Source: Arenicellales bacterium
GTDB taxonomy: Bacteria; Pseudomonadota; Gammaproteobacteria; Arenicellales; JAJDZL01
Direction of reading: 5' to 3'
Length of the DNA: 64,000 bases
NCBI GenBank assembly: GCA_965200425.1
Contig: CBDAUA010000004.1
Span: forward strand, 146,105-210,104
The notes beneath the pieces are model-generated. The model was given only the letters and a program-made list of their open reading frames with translations. It was not told where the DNA came from and did no database searches. Below are positions 40,497 to 52,295 of the stretch, piece by piece (the first letter of the stretch is position 1; every line of letters begins with the position of its first letter). A program made the translations under genes and the position numbers.

Positions 40497-41825
40497 TTAA
40501 GCGAATTGTATGGGTAAACCCCGTACGTTTGCTTGAATCTGACCGTTTGCAAACGCTATTTTGCCTCCTACAATCGTCCACTGAGGCCAGCCGGTTAATT
40601 CCATACCTTGGTACGGACTCCACTGGACCTTCGTGAACAGTTCTTTGTTTAGTACTGGTCGGTAGGTGTCGACATCTACGATCGCCAAATCGGCATCCAT
40701 TCCTTCTGCAATCTGTCCTTTCCCAATCATGTTGTAAGCATCTGCGGGTGCCCAACACATCCATTTCAGTAGTTGAGCGAGACTGCACTTACCAGATTTC
40801 CAGGCAGTGATCATTAGGGGTAGAGAGGTTTCAACCCCTGGTATTCCCGATGGTGAAGCCGGGTAGCTTGCTCTTTTCTCCTCCCTTGTATGAGGTGCGT
40901 GATCCGTCGCAATAAAATCAATAGTTCCAGAGTGTAACCCGTTCCACAATGCGTCCTGATCAGCCTGGGTTCGAATCGGTGGATTCATTTGTATCAAACT
41001 ACCAAGTCTATCGTAGTCATCGTCAGTTAGGAATAAGTGATTTGGAGTGCACTCTACTGTAATTTGATCGGATTTGTGTTCACTCAAGTAGTCGACTTCC
41101 AGGGCGGAAGTCAGATGCAATATATGTAAACGACGAGAATACTCTAGAGATAGTTCAGTTGCTCTACGGGTTGCTAGAAGTGCGCACCGATCGTCTCGAA
41201 TTTCGGTATGAATTCGAAGATCTTGCTCACCAGCTTGTCTATATTTCAAGAATTGCTCGGAACGGCGGCGCAATCGATCTTCGTCCTCAGCATGAACTGC
41301 AATCAATCGGCTACCATTTTGGAAAATATTTCGTAGGTCTTGCTCCTGATCGACCAATAAGTTTCCAGTACTAGATCCCATGAAAATTTTGATTCCACAA
41401 GCTGGATTTACAGAATTGAGTACAGGATAATTTGTCGGTGTAGCGCCGATGAAGAAACCATAGTTGGCAACCGACACTTTTGCCGCGCGCTTGAGCTTTC
41501 GTTTCAAAGCTTCCTGATCGACTGTGGGTGGTGACGTATTGGGCATTTCCAAAAAGCTGGTTACACCACCTCGTACTGCAGCGCGCGAACCGCTTGCAAT
41601 ATCTTCTTTATACGTCAATCCGGGATCGCGAAAGTGAACCTGGGCATCTATGACGCCTGGGATGACCAAGTGACCTGCAGCGCTTATTTCCTGGCGGGCG
41701 GTTTGATCGATGGATGAATCAATTTTTACAATTCGTCCTTTTGAACAGGCGATCTCGAGCTCTAATGTCGTGCCATCTATTTGAGCAATCAGACCCTCTC
41801 GAATAATTAAATCGTAGCAGTCCAT
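40497..41825 (-). CDS. pyrC: Dihydroorotase-family cyclic amidohydrolase
   Basis: 442 aa. GVIDAQVHFRDPGLTYKEDIASGS and ATDHAPHT motifs. Confidence 0.8.
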   Translation of the reverse strand: MDCYDLIIREGLIAQIDGTTLELEIACSKGRIVKIDSSIDQTARQEISAAGHLVIPGVIDAQVHFRDPGLTYKEDIASGSRAAVRGGVTSFLEMPNTSPPTVDQEALKRKLKRAAKVSVANYGFFIGATPTNYPVLNSVNPACGIKIFMGSSTGNLLVDQEQDLRNIFQNGSRLIAVHAEDEDRLRRRSEQFLKYRQAGEQDLRIHTEIRDDRCALLATRRATELSLEYSRRLHILHLTSALEVDYLSEHKSDQITVECTPNHLFLTDDDYDRLGSLIQMNPPIRTQADQDALWNGLHSGTIDFIATDHAPHTREEKRASYPASPSGIPGVETSLPLMITAWKSGKCSLAQLLKWMCWAPADAYNMIGKGQIAEGMDADLAIVDVDTYRPVLNKELFTKVQWSPYQGMELTGWPQWTIVGGKIAFANGQIQANVRGLPIQFA

Positions 41826-41937
41826 GCCAAAGCGAAAAATTGAAAAATGTCACAATAGTGAAATTTACTTCACTGAGATTGAAGATTCTTCATTAATTTG
41901 TTCAATGAAGGCTTGGTGAACAAATGGCGAAAATCTC

Positions 41938-42297
41938 CTAGAAGCTACGACGTTCTCTTAGCTCATCGAGCTCTTTACAATCCATACAAAGTGTCGCGGT
42001 AGGTCGTGCTTCTAGCCGTTTGACAGCAATTTGGACCCCACAGCTAATACAAAAGCCATAGCTACCGATCTCGAGCCTAGCAATAGATTCTTCAATTTTT
42101 CGAATCAGGCGTCGTTCTCGATCACGATTCCGTAATTTGATCGACATTTCAGTTTCTTGACTCGCTCTGTCAGTCGGATCAGGATGATTGATGGTTTCAT
42201 CCTGTAGCGAGTGAACGGTACGAGAAGATTCATCTAGCAGCTCTTGGCGCCAGGACGTTAGTATTTTCATGAAATGTTCTCGTTGTTCTAGATCCAT
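41938..42297 (-). CDS. dksA: RNA polymerase-binding transcription factor DksA (short form)
   Basis: DPTDRASQE coiled-coil tip, RNRDRERRLIRKIE and the C4 zinc finger CISCG...CMDCK. Confidence 0.92.
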   Translation of the reverse strand: MDLEQREHFMKILTSWRQELLDESSRTVHSLQDETINHPDPTDRASQETEMSIKLRNRDRERRLIRKIEESIARLEIGSYGFCISCGVQIAVKRLEARPTATLCMDCKELDELRERRSF

Positions 42298-42536
42298 TTC
42301 TACCTCTTTGTAAAAAATGCGGTAAAGCCAAGGGGAAAAAGCAAATCAAAAATTATAAATTCGGTAATTAGGAGAATATGATAAAATAAATTGTAATCTT
42401 GCTACAGTTTGTGTAGTGTTAAGTGTAATTCTCAAGAAAGTGGTTGTATACCACAGAAACCAACGATTTTCAATTTATCAACACATTAAGTAAGTCGAAT
42501 TTCGTTAGCTCTGTTCACTCTTCGTGAATAAAATCT

Positions 42537-43142
42537 ATGCTTAAGTTGCGTTATTCCACGACTTCGCCTTATGTTCGTAAAGTGTCGGCCACAGTTATTG
42601 AGTGTGGTTTGGAAAATCAAGTCGAACGCGAACTAACAAATCCATGGGCGCCTGACACGGATTTACCTGTATCCAATCCACTTGGAAAGGTTCCAGCTTT
42701 GACTCTGGAAAACGGGCTGACTCTCTTTGATTCACCCGTTATTTGCGAGTTCCTTGATAGTCTGAGTAGTGTTCCAAAATTATTTCCGGTGGACGCGAAG
42801 GAACGATGGAGTGCCTTAATGCTGCAAGCACTCGGGGATGGGATGATGGATGCCTCGGTTGGCAGACTTTTAGAAAGCCGCCGACCCGAGCAGGAGCGTT
42901 CACCAGCTTTTATGAATCGGAACGCTACAACAGTGCAGCGCTCACTAGACCACTTGGAAGAAAATACGCAAGATTTGGCAAACGGATTTAATATCGGCCA
43001 AATCACGATTGCTTGTGCTTTGGAGTACCTAGATTTTCGATTTTCCGCGGAAAATTGGAGGGATGGTCGACCGAATTTAACGAACTGGCATGACTCTGTA
43101 GCCAATCGTCCGTCGCTACAACAAACTGTCCCACAAGAATAA
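42537..43142 (+). CDS. Glutathione S-transferase family protein
   Basis: 201 aa. SPYVRKV...NPLGKVPAL...LFDSPVICEFLD is an N-terminal thioredoxin-like GST domain. Confidence 0.85.
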   Translation: MLKLRYSTTSPYVRKVSATVIECGLENQVERELTNPWAPDTDLPVSNPLGKVPALTLENGLTLFDSPVICEFLDSLSSVPKLFPVDAKERWSALMLQALGDGMMDASVGRLLESRRPEQERSPAFMNRNATTVQRSLDHLEENTQDLANGFNIGQITIACALEYLDFRFSAENWRDGRPNLTNWHDSVANRPSLQQTVPQE

Positions 43143-43750
43143 TTGAATCGAATGGTTTTTAGGGTTGTAAGAACCCCATCTGCCATTAATACAGTCAAAT
43201 CGCCGAATCCAACCAAAAAATTAGTCCAAAAGATTCTAATTTTGCAGAATTTAAATACAAGGTCTAAATAGTTCGACAAAGATCGACTTGACTTTGGAGC
43301 CGAGGGGAAGTCGGCGGAATCGACTCAGCACATAGGAAGTATGGATGCTCTAATCTCGGACTTGAACCGGTCAGTCCAATTCCTGGTAGAAGAATTTGAG
43401 AAATTTGTTAAAGAAATCCTACAGCCCGTTATATGAAGATTTATCGTTCTACCAAGCAGGCATATCAGAAGGTTCCTGCTGAATTTTTCAGTGCTGAGAG
43501 CGGTTACTTCGGACAGTCCGGCGGCTGTCCAGATAACACAGGTTTAAGAACTTAAGCTTTGCTGCTTGATGACAATATTTACTGCCAATGCAAACGTTTG
43601 TAGAGTTTGATAGGTCAAATTCCGATGATTATTTTCACAACTCCAACATGAAGGACACCGTAATTTTATTTTTTGGAGTAATCCTATCAGCACCACCTGT
43701 AACAAATTTTTGCCCGCTAATTTTTGAGAGACTCAGGAGTACGTAACATC

Positions 43751-45373
43751 ATGGAATTCAGTCTTATTCTTTTCACTGTAATCTTAGTAGTAGGAATCCT
43801 TTGGTTGGTTAGCCGAAACGTATCAATTTCGACTTTGACTCAACCAGGAGCACTAAAGGAAAAGTTATTCGGGTTTCGTAAAGATGAGCAGCTTGCATTC
43901 GCGTCGATCGATGGCGGTGACTATATGGATGACATTCAATTAGGACCTGTAGAATCCTCCAATGGTTCCAGCTTTGAAGAATTGAATTACGATGCGAGAG
44001 CAAGTAAGCAGCAAGAAAAAATTGACGATTATGACGCGTCTACCGAAGCAGTGGAAATTTACCCCCAATTTGAGGGAAACGGACAAGCTCAACCAGAAAA
44101 TTTTGATGATGATATGTTTGGGGAAGAGTCGCTCCATTGGGATCAGAATCATGCAGAGAGCGAAGAAAAGGAGCAGCAACAATCGAATAGGGCTTCGCCG
44201 TTAAAAAAGATTTATAAATTCACCGATCGATTCGATTTTGCAGCAGAAACCAAATTTGAAAAAAATCATAATCCGCAAATGAGCCCAATTCATTTCGACG
44301 GAGAATCAGTGAACTTACCCGAACCGGGAGGTAATGAGTTTCAAGTCGGAGGTAACGGAGCGTCAGTCGATGTCAACAGCGCATCAATTTTTGATAAACC
44401 AAAAACTGAGTTAGCAGACGCTAACCAAGCAGAGCTAGAAATCAACATTGACTTCCCTGACTACTTTGAGAATATTGATCGCGATTTCGACATTATCGGA
44501 TGGCTACCTGGCGGTGATTCGGTAGGAAGTGATGAAGTTCTAAGTGTGTACAACAGTCTCAGAGTAGGGTTGAAATCTCCACTGACCATTCAAGGATTTG
44601 ATGTTGTCCACGGTAATTGGTGCGATCCCAGACGACAGCAAGAGGTCGTAGAATTCGCGGATGTTGTTTTTTCTATTCCCTTTTCCCATCATGGCGTCTC
44701 AGTGAGTGAACGAGATTGGTGGTTGTTTTCTAATTTGGTTGAAGATATGGCTAGTGCCTTTAATAGGAAGTTTTCCATATCCGAGACAACCAATACTGTA
44801 TTTCAAAGAGCTAGCGAAATTGGCGATAGACTTTCGGAATTGGATTTGCAAGTTGTTCTATTGCTGAAATCTGATGACGAGGGTCACATTTCGGAACAGG
44901 TCATGAATTATTTGGCTCGAGAATATCAACTAGAAAAACAATCTGGTTTTCCAATTTATGAACAACTAGATACATCGTTTGAAGAACCACGAGCGCTATT
45001 TAGCATCGTACCTATCAACGAATCAAGCACGATTCTGGCGCAAGAATTAGGGCAGGATCCAAATCTAAAAACATTGGTATTTATGAGTAGTTTGTCTGGT
45101 TGCTCTGATCCCAAGCAAGTCTTCGATAGCATGATTGAAGTTGCCCAAAGTATTGCTGATCGATTGTCAATGTCTCTTGTTGATCTTAACGATCAAAACA
45201 TAAGTTTCAATTCAATTCGATCCATTCGAAGAATAATCAATTCCGTTGTCTCTGATATGAACGAATTCGGCATTGAACCTGGCAGTAGTATTTCAGTTCG
45301 TTCGTTTGGTCACTCGGATTACTTACGAGAAATTATGAGTGAACAAACATCACCTCCAGAGTTACTTCATTAA
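43751..45373 (+). CDS. zipA: Cell division protein ZipA (unusually long, 540 aa)
   Basis: N-terminal TM (MEFSLILFTVILVVGILWLV), long acidic linker, and a C-terminal ZipA_C-like domain (ALFSIVPI...LVFMSSL...FDSMIEVAQSIADRL...). Directly upstream of ligA. Confidence 0.8.
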   Translation: MEFSLILFTVILVVGILWLVSRNVSISTLTQPGALKEKLFGFRKDEQLAFASIDGGDYMDDIQLGPVESSNGSSFEELNYDARASKQQEKIDDYDASTEAVEIYPQFEGNGQAQPENFDDDMFGEESLHWDQNHAESEEKEQQQSNRASPLKKIYKFTDRFDFAAETKFEKNHNPQMSPIHFDGESVNLPEPGGNEFQVGGNGASVDVNSASIFDKPKTELADANQAELEINIDFPDYFENIDRDFDIIGWLPGGDSVGSDEVLSVYNSLRVGLKSPLTIQGFDVVHGNWCDPRRQQEVVEFADVVFSIPFSHHGVSVSERDWWLFSNLVEDMASAFNRKFSISETTNTVFQRASEIGDRLSELDLQVVLLLKSDDEGHISEQVMNYLAREYQLEKQSGFPIYEQLDTSFEEPRALFSIVPINESSTILAQELGQDPNLKTLVFMSSLSGCSDPKQVFDSMIEVAQSIADRLSMSLVDLNDQNISFNSIRSIRRIINSVVSDMNEFGIEPGSSISVRSFGHSDYLREIMSEQTSPPELLH

Positions 45374-45745
45374 GAATTCGAGCTAAGATTGCACTGTATG
45401 GCATCTCATCTTCCTACTCCATTTGATTAAAAATAATTTTTCGTGTTGACTTTGTGACACGAAAGATTTACGACTCTACTTGCTGTTGAAAAACGCTTTC
45501 AATTCAGTTTAATTGGCCTAGCTGTTCATACTACAAAACTAGGTCAATTCCGCTGGGTCGACAACGCTACTGGCAAAATGCAATTTGCAATGAGTTCTAG
45601 AGTACTTTACTGCTTAAGCTTGAAATAAAATTCAATTTCCATCTTGAATCAAGATTAAATGGCAGATTGAATCGACCAAGGAAAAGTCTCATTCGAGTTG
45701 GAAAGGGTAGACACAGAGTATTCGATTGCAATGGCGAATTGATAG

Positions 45746-47947
<2,202 letters not shown>

Positions 47948-47980
47948 ATAAATACAAAGATATTTGGTTGTTTTTTCTAG

Positions 47981-48008
47981 CTTGAATAAACTGAAAGTGT
48001 CCTTATCT
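47981..48008 (+). promoter_or_regulatory. Candidate sigma32 heat-shock promoter (CTTGAAT-N13-CCTTATCT)
   Basis: Resembles CTTGAAA-N13/14-CCCCATnT. It lies 134 nt upstream of the hsp20 ATG. Confidence 0.45.
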
Positions 48009-48141
48009 GTTACATATAATTTACTTTATTTGAAGCAAGTTTTTAGAATTTAGAGTTAAAACGACTGTCAGTTGAGATAATGAAAAACTAGATCTTGTTG
48101 CTCAAATTAACCGATGATTTTGACAATACCGAGGTGAAATT

Positions 48142-48585
48142 ATGGTAGAAAAAATCACTTCTCCATTCGGAGGCTATTATATTTACCCAAACGATCCCAA
48201 CAATCTGTTTCAAACTCTTTTTGGACATTCAAAACCTCGTTCTCAACCTGAGGGCAGTAATGAGTTGACGCCGGCGGTTGATATCTTTGAAGATGATTCC
48301 GCGTTTTATGCTAGTATCGAAATGCCTGGGATTGACAAGAAAGATGTCAGCGTGTCGTGCATGGGCGGTAATATCACGATAAATGCTGCTGTCTCAAGAA
48401 GTGACCACGGCGATGGGCATTGGGTTCAGCACGAAAGAAGGACTGGTACCTATGTACGCAGTATTGCTTTTCGTGCGGATGTAGAGTCTGAAAATATTTC
48501 AGCAACCTACGAAAGAGGAATTTTAATGTTGACGATTCCAAAGCCATCAGATAAGGATAAGTCGATTTCTATCAGCGTCGACTGA
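48142..48585 (+). CDS. Hsp20/alpha-crystallin small heat-shock protein
   Basis: 147 aa. PAVDIFEDDSAFYASIEMPGIDKKDVSV...GILMLTIPK. RBS GAGGTGA. Confidence 0.93.
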   Translation: MVEKITSPFGGYYIYPNDPNNLFQTLFGHSKPRSQPEGSNELTPAVDIFEDDSAFYASIEMPGIDKKDVSVSCMGGNITINAAVSRSDHGDGHWVQHERRTGTYVRSIAFRADVESENISATYERGILMLTIPKPSDKDKSISISVD

Positions 48586-48610
48586 CATCTAAAAATTTTA
48601 ACTACAATTA

Positions 48611-48651
48611 AGTCGCACTCTATTTTTAAAATAGAGTGCGACTATTTTTTT
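48611..48651 (+). terminator. Strong Rho-independent terminator
   Basis: agtcgcactctatttt / aaaatagagtgcgact perfect inverted repeat followed by a T8 run. Confidence 0.9.
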
Positions 48652-48757
48652 ACTTGTATTCCGATTTGGACCAAACAGACTATTCAAGAGCTCAAAGGGT
48701 CTTGTTCTCAGTAACCAACGCGAAGTCCAATATTTACCTAAGTGTGTAGTACCTTAC

Positions 48758-51463
48758 ATGAATAAATCAAACAGCTTTGACACCCGTACTCAACTAGATG
48801 TTGGATATCGTTCTTATGAAATATTTTCATTGCAACGCCTCCGTGATAATTATGAAATCGATTCGCTGCCGTATTCCCTCAAAGTGTTGCTCGAGAATTT
48901 ACTACGAAATGAAAATGCAGTGGATGTCACTCGCGAACAGATACTGGCAGTTGCTGAGTGGGACGAGAATAAACCGCCCGAAATAGAGATTGGCTTTTCC
49001 CCATTTCGGGTACTAATGCAAGATTTCACAGGGGTGCCAGCAGTCGTTGACTTGGCGTCGATGAGGGATGCTCTCGGTGACATGGGACATGATCCTAAAG
49101 GAATTAATCCAGTTATTCGCACTGACTTGGTCATCGATCATTCCGTAATGGTTGATCATTTCGGTACTAAGAATGCAATTGATTTGAATGCGGTAATGGA
49201 ATACCGACGCAACACAGAACGCTATTCGTTCTTACGTTGGGGGCAGAATTCATTTGGCCAATTTAGTGTAGTGCCGCCATCGACGGGGATCGTACATCAG
49301 GTGAATCTTGAGTATTTGGCCAGTGTTATAGGTGAAAAGCATGTGGATGGAAAAATCTTAGTTTTTCCCGATACTGTTGTTGGTACAGACTCTCATACCA
49401 CAATGATCAACGGTATCGGTGTTTTGGGCTGGGGAGTAGGTGGCATTGAAGCTGAAGCAGCTATGTTGGGGGAGTCCATTGCGATGCTATTACCTCGAGT
49501 CGTAGGTTGTAAACTAAGCGGCGCCCTGCCTGAAGGAACAACGGCAACTGATTTAGTCCTTACAGTTGTTCAGCTGTTGCGAAAGCATGGAGTAGTCGGG
49601 AAATTCGTTGAGTTCTTTGGTGACGGGTTGGATCATCTTTCTGTTTCAGACCAAGCGACGATTTCCAATATGGCACCCGAATATGGAGCCACTTGCGGTG
49701 TATTTCCAATTGATTCAAATACACTAGATTACCTTCGGCTTACCGGGCGCCCAGATCGAGTAGTGGATCTTGTGGAAGCTTACGCAAAACATCAAGGAAT
49801 GTTCCGTGAAGCGAATACTACCCAAGAAGCACGCTACAACGAGGTAATTGAACTAGATGTGTCCAGCATCGCCCCAAGCATTGCCGGCCCGAAACGACCG
49901 CAGGATCGTTTATTGCTAACAGACGCAACGACTACTATTCGTTCAACGATTCAAGATCTACGCTCGAATCAGGACGATCCAAAATCTGTTGAAGTTGAAA
50001 TCGATTCGAAAACCGAAGACTTGACTGATGGGGATATTGTTGTTGCAGCAATAACGAGCTGTACAAATACTTCAAATCCAGCTGTAGTCGTCGCGGCGGG
50101 ACTAGTAGCAAAGAAAGCTATTGATGCTGGCTTGTCAGTGAAGCCTTGGGTGAAGACCTCCTTAGCACCTGGTTCGCAAGTCGTTACTGGGTATTTGGAG
50201 CGAGCAGGATTACTAAGTCCCTTAGAGGAGTTGGGATTTTCAATCGTCGGTTATGGATGTACAACCTGTATCGGAAACAGCGGGCCGCTTGCTGAAGCTG
50301 TAGCGAACGGAATAAAGCGAGGAGATCTAATTGTTAGCTCCATTTTGTCGGGTAATCGAAATTTCGAAGGGCGAGTTCATGCTGCGGTCAAGATGAACTT
50401 CCTAGCCTCGCCGCCATTGGTCGTGGCATATGCGTTGGCCGGTTCAATGAACGTCGATATAACGAATGAACCCATTGGCACCAATGAACAAAATGAGGAA
50501 ATCTATCTGAAGGATATTTGGCCAACGACTCAAGAAGTTAGTGCAATCATTGATCGTGTAGTAACCGAAGAATTATTTCAGTCAAAATATGTGGATGTAT
50601 TTCGGGGTGACAGCATGTGGGCGAAGATCCCAGTTGTTCAGTCGAGTCGGTACAAATGGCAGAGTGAGTCAACCTATATCCGAAGAGCACCATTTTTTGA
50701 CAATTTGGCTAGTTCGCGCAAAAGAATTCAGGACATCATGGGTGCCAGAGTTTTGGCGATGTTGGGTGACAGTGTTACAACTGATCACATCTCGCCAGCA
50801 GGAGCCATTATGTCAGATAGTCCAGCTGGTCAATATTTGATCGATCAAGGAGTACGTCGAGGGGACTTCAATTCATATGGGTCTCGTCGTGGAAATCATG
50901 AAGTGATGGTTCGAGGTACGTTTGCGAACATTCGCTTACGCAACGAACTTGCACCAGGGACTGAAGGCGGTTGGACGAAACATATGCCAACCAATGAAAT
51001 TATGTCGATTTATGACGCTTCGCTTCGCTATAAACACGAAAAAACTCCTCTAATTGTTATTGCTGGAAGAGAATATGGGTCAGGTTCGTCTCGAGATTGG
51101 GCTGCCAAGGGTTCGCTTTTGTTGGGTGTAAAAGCAGTCATCGTAGAAAGCTACGAGAGGATCCATCGTTCCAATTTGGCTGGTATGGGAATATTGCCCC
51201 TACAGTTTGAAGAAGGTGATTCACGAACTAGTTTGGGACTTTCAGGCGAAGAAGTATTTCACATAGAAGGTATAAGAAAAGGTGCGAAAACAGTCCAAGT
51301 AGCAGCGATCAAAAACAATGGTCAGCGACAAAATTTCAATGCTCAGGTTCGAATCGATAGCGCTAGAGAATGGGACTACTACGAAAGCGGTGGAATTTTG
51401 AGATTTGTGTTACAGCAGCTAGCAGGCCGGCCTATGGCTACTCGGCCTGCGAATTTCGCGTAG
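48758..51463 (+). CDS. acnA: Aconitate hydratase A
   Basis: 901 aa. VVGTDSHTTMINGIGVLGWGVGGIEAEA, ITSCTNTSNP and GCTTCIGNSG cluster ligands. Confidence 0.97.
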   Translation: MNKSNSFDTRTQLDVGYRSYEIFSLQRLRDNYEIDSLPYSLKVLLENLLRNENAVDVTREQILAVAEWDENKPPEIEIGFSPFRVLMQDFTGVPAVVDLASMRDALGDMGHDPKGINPVIRTDLVIDHSVMVDHFGTKNAIDLNAVMEYRRNTERYSFLRWGQNSFGQFSVVPPSTGIVHQVNLEYLASVIGEKHVDGKILVFPDTVVGTDSHTTMINGIGVLGWGVGGIEAEAAMLGESIAMLLPRVVGCKLSGALPEGTTATDLVLTVVQLLRKHGVVGKFVEFFGDGLDHLSVSDQATISNMAPEYGATCGVFPIDSNTLDYLRLTGRPDRVVDLVEAYAKHQGMFREANTTQEARYNEVIELDVSSIAPSIAGPKRPQDRLLLTDATTTIRSTIQDLRSNQDDPKSVEVEIDSKTEDLTDGDIVVAAITSCTNTSNPAVVVAAGLVAKKAIDAGLSVKPWVKTSLAPGSQVVTGYLERAGLLSPLEELGFSIVGYGCTTCIGNSGPLAEAVANGIKRGDLIVSSILSGNRNFEGRVHAAVKMNFLASPPLVVAYALAGSMNVDITNEPIGTNEQNEEIYLKDIWPTTQEVSAIIDRVVTEELFQSKYVDVFRGDSMWAKIPVVQSSRYKWQSESTYIRRAPFFDNLASSRKRIQDIMGARVLAMLGDSVTTDHISPAGAIMSDSPAGQYLIDQGVRRGDFNSYGSRRGNHEVMVRGTFANIRLRNELAPGTEGGWTKHMPTNEIMSIYDASLRYKHEKTPLIVIAGREYGSGSSRDWAAKGSLLLGVKAVIVESYERIHRSNLAGMGILPLQFEEGDSRTSLGLSGEEVFHIEGIRKGAKTVQVAAIKNNGQRQNFNAQVRIDSAREWDYYESGGILRFVLQQLAGRPMATRPANFA

Positions 51464-52010
51464 AACGCCAAATAAAAAGTGGAATTACGATCAACATAAA
51501 GATGAGGGTGAGTGCGAGCACACCAAAGACTTTAAAGTTCACCCAAATTTCTTCTCGTTGTGCCTCAGGTAAATCTAGTCCATAGTAGAAAGCGACATAA
51601 ATATTGAGGAAACCGATAAAAATCGAAAACAAACCCCAGTTCAGGTTGATATTGCGCCAAACTGAGCTAGGTAGCTGAACTTTAGCATTGTTACCAGCTA
51701 GCCATTCGAATGCCGTTTGTTTGGTGAAGAACTGAGAATACAGAACGGCACCGCCGATAATCCAGTATACGATTGTCGTTTTCCACTTTATGAAGACTGG
51801 GTCGCGCAACAACAAAGTCAACCCGCCAAAAACAACCAAAGCACCCAAGGTTATGACGTGTAAGGTTTCGAATCGGCGATTCTTCCACCAAAACAGGCCG
51901 ATTTGAACAAAGGATGATGCGATAGCAACACCAGTTGCAACAAAAATGTCATAAATTTTGTATGCCGCAAAGAAAAGAATTAATGGAAATAGATCATAGA
52001 GAAATTTCAT
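51438..52010 (-). CDS. yciB: Intracellular septation protein A (YciB/IspZ)
   Basis: I prefer the start at MKFLYDLFPLILFFAAYKIYDIF (ATG at 52010). The longer ORF would run through the tRNA gene. The 3' end overlaps acnA by 26 nt, convergently. Confidence 0.9.
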   Translation of the reverse strand: MKFLYDLFPLILFFAAYKIYDIFVATGVAIASSFVQIGLFWWKNRRFETLHVITLGALVVFGGLTLLLRDPVFIKWKTTIVYWIIGGAVLYSQFFTKQTAFEWLAGNNAKVQLPSSVWRNINLNWGLFSIFIGFLNIYVAFYYGLDLPEAQREEIWVNFKVFGVLALTLIFMLIVIPLFIWRSTRNSQAE

Positions 52011-52034
52011 AGCGGCTTGTTTAATATCATTGAA

Positions 52035-52122
52035 TGGTGCCGGGAGAGAGACTCGAACTCTCACGGTGTCGCCACCGCCGGATTTTGAATCCGGTGCGTC
52101 TGCCAAATTTCGCCATCCCGGC
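52035..52122 (-). tRNA. tRNA-Leu (anticodon CAA), with encoded CCA
   Basis: The reverse complement reads GCCGGGA...CCGGA-TTCAAAA-TCCGG...long variable arm...GAGAG-TTCGAGT-CTCTC-TCCCGGC-A-CCA. Confidence 0.93.
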
Positions 52123-52295
52123 GGGTGAAATTTGTAGCGTAATTGTATTACATTTAGATTCGACTCTAATGTGTTCAAATCACCGCATGATTGGTAATAT
52201 TGAACAGGTTAGCTTTGCTCAAAGTTTCGGTTGAAGCAAACGCCAAATTCATTGATCAGTTGCTTACACCATCAATAGTTAGTTACAAAAGAGCT

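Noticed and set aside
40354-40788. A 144-aa minus-strand ORF overlapping the dihydroorotase 3' end in another frame.
   Set aside because: It lies almost entirely within the longer, motif-supported dihydroorotase-family ORF and is Arg/Cys-rich. I treat it as a frame artefact.
41680-41720. The dihydroorotase-family metal-binding HxH motif reads Q-V-H (DAQVHFRDPG), which could mean an inactive PyrC'-like protein.
   Set aside because: I recall D(D/A)QVHFREPG as a subfamily-wide variant in otherwise functional bacterial dihydroorotases, and the remaining motifs (ATDHAPHT) are intact. This would need an alignment to settle.
41938-42297. DksA is only 119 aa, so it lacks the first 30 or so residues of E. 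coli DksA.
   Set aside because: The functional elements are intact (coiled-coil tip DPTDRA, C4 zinc finger), and the N-terminal tail varies among DksA homologs.
42617-43279. A 220-aa minus-strand ORF overlapping the GST gene.
   Set aside because: The + strand product has clear GST N- and C-domain motifs. The antisense product has no recognisable features and a Ser/Cys/Phe-rich composition.
51438-51463. A 26-nt convergent overlap between the 3' ends of acnA and yciB.
   Set aside because: Both reading frames are well supported to their stops, and short convergent overlaps occur in compact genomes. On its own this is not evidence of anything unusual.
52011-52178. A longer yciB ORF (246 aa) that starts at 52178.
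   Set aside because: The extra 56 codons run straight through the tRNA-Leu(CAA) gene. The YciB family N-terminus (MKFLYDLFP...) begins at 52010.
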